From Nitrospinota bacterium (GTDB lineage: Bacteria; UBA8248), in assembly GCA_046581755.1 (NCBI GenBank), contig JAYGFR010000378.1:1-10729 (forward strand): a DNA stretch of 10,729 nucleotides. Reading direction: 5' to 3'. The position numbers and the translations under genes are program-made. The notes beneath the pieces were generated by a model. The model was not told the DNA's origin. It made no database searches and saw only the letters and a program-made list of their open reading frames with translations. Every line of letters starts with the position of its first letter. Within the stretch, counting starts at the first letter, position 1. Shown one piece after another: positions 7,524 through 10,729 of this stretch.

Positions 7524-8591
7524 TCATTCCCCCGAGGGGCCGTTAGGCTCGAGAATGACCTTGATCGCGCCGTCTTTCTTTTCTTCCATCATCTCGAGCC
7601 CCTCCACCGCCCGCTCCAGCGGAATACGGTGGGTGAGCATGGGGCCCAGGTCGATCCTTCCGGCGGCGATCAGCTCCAGGCATTCGGCGAACTGGCCGGC
7701 ATAGCGCCCGCGCGCGCCCTTGATGACGATCTCGAGGCGGCGGACCTCCTCGGCGGGGATCGGAGTTTTGTCTCCGGCGAACACCCCCATGACGACGACG
7801 GTGCCGTTCCGCTTCACGATGCGGCAGGCCTCGGCCAGGGTGATATCCTGGGAGCCACCCACGGCCTCGATCACCTTGTCGAATCCGGCGCCGCCGGTCA
7901 GCTCCTCGAGCCGGGCGGCGAAATCCCGCTCGGCCGGGTTGACGACGGCGTCCGCGCCCATGCTCCGGGCCGCCTCCAGGCGGTAGCCCACGGTGTCCGA
8001 TATGGCAACGAAGGCCCCCTCGGCTTTCGCCACCGCCAGGGCGCACAACCCGATGGGCCCCGCTCCCTGGATCGCCACCCGGTCCCCTTCCTGGATCCGG
8101 CCCACGTCGCGGACGGCGTGATAGGCCGTCGCCAGGGTTTGCATGACCGAGCCCACCTCGAAGGAGACTCCCGCAGGGAGGGGCACCACGCACGCAGCCG
8201 GGACGGAGACATATTCGGCGTATGCACCGTCGAGCGTGTTGCCGATGGATTCGAGCGAGGTGCAAAGATTCGGCCGGCCCGAGCGGCAGAACTCGCACGC
8301 ACCGCAGGTGATGAGATTTTCCACGCAGCACCGGAACCCGAGCGGCAGGCCTTCCCCGCCCGCGCCCACGACCTCCCCGGCGAACTCGTGTCCGAGCACG
8401 ACGGGAAGCCGCACCCCCGCGAAATTACCGCGCCAGGCGTGAATGTCCGTTCCGCACAGGGCGCAGGCGCGCACCCTGATGAGCACCTCGCCCGGCCCCG
8501 CCACTGGCAGGAGCCGGTCCTCGCTCCGGATGCGGTTCGGCGCCTCGAGAACCACCGCCGCCATCCTGTCGGGAAGCTGTCCGGGTGCCAT
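7524..8591 (-). CDS. Zn-dependent MDR alcohol dehydrogenase (sorbitol/threonine dehydrogenase-like)
   Basis: LCGTDIH, GHEFAGEV, structural Zn motif CGACEFCRSGRPNLC, GAGPIG, Asp at beta2 end (AISD). Start reassigned to ATG8591, which has AGGAG 6 nt upstream overlapping the stop of the preceding SDR. 355 aa. Confidence 0.92.
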   Translation of the reverse strand: MAPGQLPDRMAAVVLEAPNRIRSEDRLLPVAGPGEVLIRVRACALCGTDIHAWRGNFAGVRLPVVLGHEFAGEVVGAGGEGLPLGFRCCVENLITCGACEFCRSGRPNLCTSLESIGNTLDGAYAEYVSVPAACVVPLPAGVSFEVGSVMQTLATAYHAVRDVGRIQEGDRVAIQGAGPIGLCALAVAKAEGAFVAISDTVGYRLEAARSMGADAVVNPAERDFAARLEELTGGAGFDKVIEAVGGSQDITLAEACRIVKRNGTVVVMGVFAGDKTPIPAEEVRRLEIVIKGARGRYAGQFAECLELIAAGRIDLGPMLTHRIPLERAVEGLEMMEEKKDGAIKVILEPNGPSGE

Positions 8592-8599
8592 CCGCGCTC

Positions 8600-9371
8600 C
8601 TATACCATCGTGGCACCGCCGTTCGCGTCGAGCGTAACGCCGGTGACGTAGCTCGCATCGCGGCTGCACAAAAAGAGAACGGCCTCGGCGATTTCGTCCG
8701 GCTCGGACAAGCGCCCGACCGGAGTGGTTTTATCGATGTGGCGGATGCGCTCCCCGGTGCGGAGGGCCACCGTCCGCGGGGTGCGCACGTTCGCTGGGGC
8801 GACGGCGTTCACGGTGACTCCGTGGGGGCCGATTTCACGCGCCGCCTGGCGGGTCAGGCCCAGCACGCCCGCCTTCGCCGCCGTGTAGTGGGGAGGATTC
8901 GGGTTCACCCCGCTCCGGGCGGCCATGCTCGAAAGGGAGACGATGCGCCCGTAGCTATCCTCGATCATGAGCGGCGCCACGGCCTTGAGCAGACAGAACA
9001 TCGACTTGAGATTCGAATCGACCACCCCCTCCCAAGCCTCGACCGGACAATCGAGAAGGCTGACGTATTGGGGGACCCCCCCCCGCGCTGTGGACGGCGA
9101 TGTCGAGGCGGCCCCTTTGGCGGTGAAAATCCTCGACGGCGGCGCGCGTCTGCGTCCAATCGGTCAGGTCCGCGCCCGAAATAACCGCCTCGCCGCCCGC
9201 CTTTTGGATGGCGTCGGCCACGCGGCGACCACCCTCTTCATTGAGATCGCAGACGGCGACGAAGGCTCCTTCGGCGGCAAGTTTCCGGGCGCACGACTCG
9301 CCGATGCCGGTGGCGGCGCCCGTGACAAAGGCGCTCTGCCCGGCAAACTTCCCGCCCGTTTCAAGGTTCAT
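8600..9371 (-). pseudogene. classical SDR oxidoreductase (NAD-type) split by a one-base frameshift, real or sequencing error
   Basis: The N-half (TGAATGIG, VCDLN, LDIAVHSAG) is in ORF 8955..9371 and the C-half (NLKSMF, LSSMAA, YTAAKAG, VNAVAP, LDANGG) is in ORF 8600..9025. Removing one base from the G9 run (plus-strand C9, 9076-9084) gives one 256-aa ORF reading HSAGGVPQYVSLLDCPVEAWEGVVDSNLK. Confidence 0.88.
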
Positions 9372-9510
9372 GGATCGTTCCCTCGCGTTGGATCAAATCC
9401 CGGACATCCGGCCCGCAGGCCTTCCTCCGCCGCAGGCATTCTCCGAAAAAGGAGGGGCATTTCAGCAAGCATACGGCGAAACAAAATGCTGGCTTGGAAA
9501 CCGGAGTGAA

Positions 9511-9519
9511 TTTATACCA
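9511..9519 (-). promoter_or_regulatory. possible extended -10 promoter for the catabolic operon
   Basis: Minus strand TGgTATAAA (TGnTATAAT-like) about 140 nt upstream of the SDR start; no clear -35. Confidence 0.3.
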
Positions 9520-9804
9520 GACAATCCGCGTGGCGGGTAGAGAGTGGGGGACGGGGAAAACGTTATTTTCGAGAGGCCACGGATAGAGAGATTTTAAGGA
9601 CGAAAATCGGGCGGGCATGGCCGGCCCATATGCGGGGCCGGGGACCGACGGGCGGATGCCAGCCCCCGAAAGTGGGGGAACTGGTGCACCCCGCATTGGA
9701 TCGATCGATCTACTGCATCAAGGGCCGATGGGCCAAAAGCAAATAAAGGCCGGCAACCGGAAAGAAGATGCGCCCCGGGCGATGCAAAAATCGTATCGTT
9801 CTGG

Positions 9805-10176
9805 TCTCGTTAAGCATTTCGTTCAGGGAGAATCCCATTTTTGCGGTGCAAACAGCGCCTGAAGCAGGCGGAAGAGGGATTGGCCAGACTCCGCTCTCAG
9901 GCCCCTCCTGCGCCCATACGCATCGACCCCGACCTGCCTGGCCGAATCCATAGAGCCGTGGAGAATCTTGAAAATACAATCGGGCGCGATGTGGCCAGGG
10001 CCAGGGAGGAAATCAAGCGGCTTGTTGGAGAAGAAATTCTCCTTTTCCCCGTTGCCGAGGGTCACTTGGAAGCTGAGGTCCGGTTATATCCCGAAAAGGT
10101 ATTAATGGCGGCCTCTGGAGGCCCGCAAATAAGTGTGGCGACCCCAGCGGGATTTGAACTCGCGTTGGTCTCATAA
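9805..10176 (+). pseudogene. C-terminal remnant of a probable large serine recombinase/integrase
   Basis: Coiled-coil segment LKQAEEGLARL, then NLENTIGRDVARAREEIKRLVGEEILLFP, ending VATPAGFEL, which is the antisense translation of a tRNA 3' end. Upstream pieces (LVKHFVQGES; FAVQTA) lie in different frames, suggesting frameshifts. No catalytic N-terminal domain. Left boundary approximate. Confidence 0.6.
10136..10170 (-). mobile_element. att-site tRNA 3' fragment (probably tRNA-Glu), degenerate
   Basis: Minus strand ...CAAC GCGAG TTCAAAT CCCGC TGGGGTC G CCA gives a T-arm with one mismatch, the acceptor 3' strand, a G discriminator and CCA. No D-arm or 5' acceptor strand upstream. Confidence 0.8.
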
Positions 10177-10285
10177 AACACCCTATCGATTAACACAAAA
10201 ATTTTCAACATAATCACACATAATCTATTGTAAATACATTGATTGAAGATCCACTTTGATTGGAGACCAAGGGAGTTGAAGGGGG

Positions 10286-10335
10286 CGTAAAGGAGACGTA
10301 AGGAGACCCTCAGGGGGTAGCAAAAAGGGTAGCAA
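10286..10335 (+). repeat. short direct repeats, candidate integrase arm-type/accessory sites
   Basis: GGGTAGCAA twice (10315-10323, 10327-10335; 12-bp period) and CGTAA(A)GGAGA twice (10286-10296, 10297-10306), 110-160 bp from the tRNA fragment. Confidence 0.5.
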
Positions 10336-10452
10336 CGAAAAACCCCGGTCCAAAGAGGAGCGGGGTTCAATTAAGTCTGGTAGCGGGAACCCGATACATG
10401 ACTTATTTAATATCCGTGCCGCTGGTTGAAAAAGCCGCGCAACTACTATTAT

Positions 10453-10729
10453 GCCGAATTGACCGCCCCTGAATTGCTGGAGGTAGTGCGCCGAATCGAG
10501 AAACGTGGGGCTTTGGAAACCGCACATCAGGCCTTTGGAAATTGCGGACAAGTATTCCGCTACGCAGTGGCGACCGGGCGTGCCGATTGCGACCCATCCG
10601 GCGACCTTCGCGGGGCACTACCGCCAGCCAATGGAAAACACTTCGCGTCCGTTACCGAGCCAAAACAGGTTGCCGAGGTGCTACGGGCGATGGATGGCTA
10701 CGAAGGAACGCTCACGGTGCGCTGTGCCC
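10453..10729 (+). pseudogene. P4-like tyrosine integrase (IntA/IntS type), 5'-truncated, continues past the window
   Basis: Not in the ORF track because it has no stop in the window. Reads AELTAPELLEVVRRIEKRGALETAHQAFGNCGQVFRYAVATGRADCDPSGDLRGALPPANGKHFASVTEPKQVAEVLRAMDGYEGTLTVRCA, the characteristic central domain of P4-family integrases. In-frame stops upstream (TAA 10408, TGA 10399, TAG 10381) leave no room for the N-terminal arm-binding domain. Confidence 0.88.

Noticed and set aside
8592..8669. N-terminal extension of the MDR ORF
   Set aside because: Overlaps the upstream SDR; ATG8591 has a strong AGGAG RBS.
9556..9710. GAAAA-N5-TTTTC palindrome, CCCCC-GAAAGT-GGGGG hairpin and (GATC)3 run; small ORFs 9361-9696 and 9617-9862
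   Set aside because: Too short to assign a function; the ORFs lack RBS and motif support.
10100..10215. Complete tRNA gene
   Set aside because: Only the 3' part is present; there is no D-arm or 5' acceptor strand and the T-stem has a mismatch.
10200..10340. CRISPR array or replication iterons
   Set aside because: The repeats are 8-11 bp, occur only in pairs with no spacers, and no cas or rep gene is present.

Overview
GC-rich bacterial window with three blocks. (1) 101-2595 (+): a putative metalloid/thiol-stress unit. A sigma70 promoter overlaps a perfect 8-1-8 palindromic operator and precedes a Cys-rich MarR regulator, an ArsP/DUF318-family permease and a class I SAM methyltransferase that lacks the ArsM cysteine set. 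(2) 2624-9371 (-): a convergent five-gene catabolic operon in the order SDR (frameshifted at a G9 tract), Zn-dependent MDR dehydrogenase, hydantoinase/oxoprolinase A, hydantoinase/oxoprolinase B, SDR. Its substrate is unknown. (3) ~9800-10729: a visibly less GC-rich, decayed mobile-element junction. It holds a probable large serine recombinase C-terminal remnant that reads antisense into a degenerate tRNA 3' fragment (att site, probably tRNA-Glu), arm-type direct repeats with an IHF-like site, and a 5'-truncated P4-type tyrosine integrase running off the window. All calls come from motif recognition by eye; no searches were run.
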